Assembly: GCA_964016885.1 (NCBI GenBank)
Contig: OZ024742.1
Location: forward strand, 218,178,001 to 218,242,000
Origin: Eledone cirrhosa
Taxonomy: Eukaryota
Direction of reading: 5' to 3'
DNA length: 64,000 nt
Shown here one piece after another: positions 61,301 through 64,000 of the stretch (within the stretch, counting starts at the first letter, position 1; every line of letters begins with the position of its first letter). Under the pieces are notes generated by a model. It did not search any database, had not been told where the DNA came from, and was given only the letters and a program-made list of their open reading frames with translations. The translations under genes and the position numbers were made by a program.

Positions 61301-64000
61301 ACTACCACTTCCAACACTACAACCACTACCACTTCCCACACTACAACCACTACCACTTCCAACACTACAACCACTACCACTTCCAACACTACAACCACTA
61401 CCACTTCCAACACTACAACCACTACCACTTCCAACACTACAACCACTACCACTTCCAACACTACAACCACTACCACCTGCAACACTACAACCACTACCAC
61501 CTCCAACACTACAACCACTACCACTTCCAACACTACAACCACTACCATCTCCAACACTACAACCACTACCACTTCCAACACTACAACCACTACGACTTCC
61601 AACACTACAACCACTACCACCTCCAAAACTACAACCACTACGACTTCCAACACTACAACCACTACCACTTCCAACACTACAACCACTACCACTTCCCACA
61701 CTACAACCACTACCACTTCCAACACTACAACCACTACTACTTCCAGCACTACAACCACTACCACTTCCCACACTACAACCACTACCACTTCCAACAATAC
61801 AACCACTACCACCTCCAACACTACAACCACTACCACTTCCAAAACTACAACCACTACCACTTCCCACACTACAACCACTACCACTTCCAACACTACAACC
61901 ACTACCACTTCCAACACTACAACCACTACCACTTCCCACACTACAACCACTACCACTTCCAACACTACAACCACTACCACCTCCAACACTACAACCACTA
62001 CCACTTCCCACACTACAACCACTACCACTTCCCACACTACAACCACTACCACTTCCAACACTACAACCACTACCACTTCCAACACTACAACCACTACCAC
62101 TTCCCACACTACAACCACTACCACTTCCAACACTACAACCACTACCACCTCCAACACTACAACCACTACCACTTCCAACACTACAACCACTACGACTTCC
62201 AACACTACAACCACTACCACCTCCAACACTACAACCACTACCACTTCCAACACTACAACCACTACCACTTCCAACACTACAACCACTACCACTTCCAGCA
62301 CTACAACCACTACCACCTCCAACACTACAACCACTACCACTTCCAAAACTACAACCACTACGACTTCCAACACTACAACCACTACCACCTCCAACACTAC
62401 AACCACTACCACTTCCAACACTACAACCACTACCACTTCCAACACTACAACCACTACCACTTCCAGCACTACAACCACTACCACCTCCAACACTACAACC
62501 ACTACCACTTCCAACACTACAACCACTACCACCTCCAACACTACAACCACTACCACTTCCAACACTACAACCACTACCACTTCCAACACTACAACCACTA
62601 AAACTTCCAACACTACAACCACTACCACCACCAACACTACAACCACTACCACTTCCAACACTACAACCACTACCACCTCCAACACTACAACTACCAATTC
62701 CAACACTACAACCACTACCACTTCCAACACTACAACCACTACCACTTCCAACACTACAACCACTACCACTTCCAACACTTCAACCACTACCACTTCCAAC
62801 ACTACCACCACTACCACCACCAACACTACCACCACTACCACTTCCAACACTACAACCACTACCACTTCCAACACTACAACCACTACCACCTCCAACACTT
62901 CAACCACTACCACTTCCAACACTTCAACCACTACCACCTCCAACACTACAACCACTACCACTTCCAACACTACAACCACTACCACTTCCAACACTTCAAC
63001 CACTACCACTTCCAACACTACCACCACTACCACCACCAACACTACCACCACTACCACTTCCAACACTACAACCACTACCACTTCCAACACTACAACCACT
63101 ACCACCTCCAACACTTCAACCACTACCACTTCCAACACTTCAACCACTACCACCTCCAACACTACAACCACTACCACTTCCAACACTACAACCACTACCA
63201 CTTCCAAAACTACAACCACTACCACTTCCAACACTACATACAACCACTACCACCTCCAACACTTCAACCACTACCACTTCCAAAACTACAACGACTTCCA
63301 CCAACAACACTACCACCTCCACCAACACCACTGCCACTACCACTTCCACCAACACTACTACCACTACCACTTCCACCAACACCACTACCACTACCACCTA
63401 CACTACAGCCACTACCACCTCCACTAACACCACAAACACTACCTCCTCCACCAACACCACTACCACTACCACCTCCACTAACACCACAGCCATTACCACC
63501 TCCACCAACACCACAGCCACTACTATCTCTACCAACACCACTACCACTATCACCTCCACTAACACCAGAGCTACTACCATCTCCACCAACACTACAACCA
63601 CTACCACCTCCACCAACACCACAATCACTACCACCTCCACCAACACCACTACCACTAGCCACTTCCACCAACACCACAGCCACTACCACCTCCACCTACA
63701 CCACAACCACTACCACTTCCACCAACGCCACAACCACTACCATCTCCACCAACACTACAACCACTACCACCTCCACCAACACCACAATCACTACCAGCTC
63801 CACCAACACCACTACCACTACCACTACCATCTCCACCAACACTACAACCACTACCACCTCCACCAACACCACAACCACTACCATCTCCACCAATACCACA
63901 ACCACTACCACCTCCACCAACACTACAACCACTACCACCACCACCAATACCACTACCACTACCACTAACACCTCCACCAATACCACAACCACTACCACCT
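55404..64000 (+). repeat. A/C-rich minisatellite (60-, 27- and 24-bp units) with higher-order duplication; runs past the window end
   Basis: Units TCCACCAACACCACTACCACTACCACC (27 bp) and TCCAACACTACAACCACTACCACT (24 bp); block ~58090-58880 recurs at ~63230-64000. Confidence 0.95.

Noticed and set aside
60149-63243. Minus-strand GSGSGCSV (652 aa) and LEVVVVVV (756 aa) ORFs as structural proteins
   Set aside because: Alternative frames of the 24-bp minisatellite; the commonest variants change amino acids in the Gly-Ser frame, and there is no unique terminal sequence.
55404-64000. CRISPR array or telomeric repeat
   Set aside because: No unique spacers, no cas genes, eukaryotic context, and no TTAGGG-type unit.

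Overview
AT-rich eukaryotic DNA dominated by repeats; the SINE and microsatellite content suggests an octopod cephalopod (inference). I found no intact host protein-coding gene, and almost all listed ORFs are microsatellite translations. The window holds decayed transposons: Penelope-like (Naiad-type) elements, RTE, L1/Tx1, R4- and CRE-like LINE fragments, a Helitron, hAT and mariner relics, three tRNA-derived SINE types and an RTE-derived non-autonomous element. It ends in an 8.6-kb A/C-rich minisatellite that reads as Thr-rich mucin-like repeats. The most notable signal is a dense set of hammerhead ribozyme (HHR) motifs from about seven sequence families, several with non-canonical cores (U3-A8, A4, U-U closing helix II). 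Most sit in short Penelope-type terminal fragments inserted in (TA)n tracts, many of them fold-backs. All RNA folds were paired by eye and are untested.
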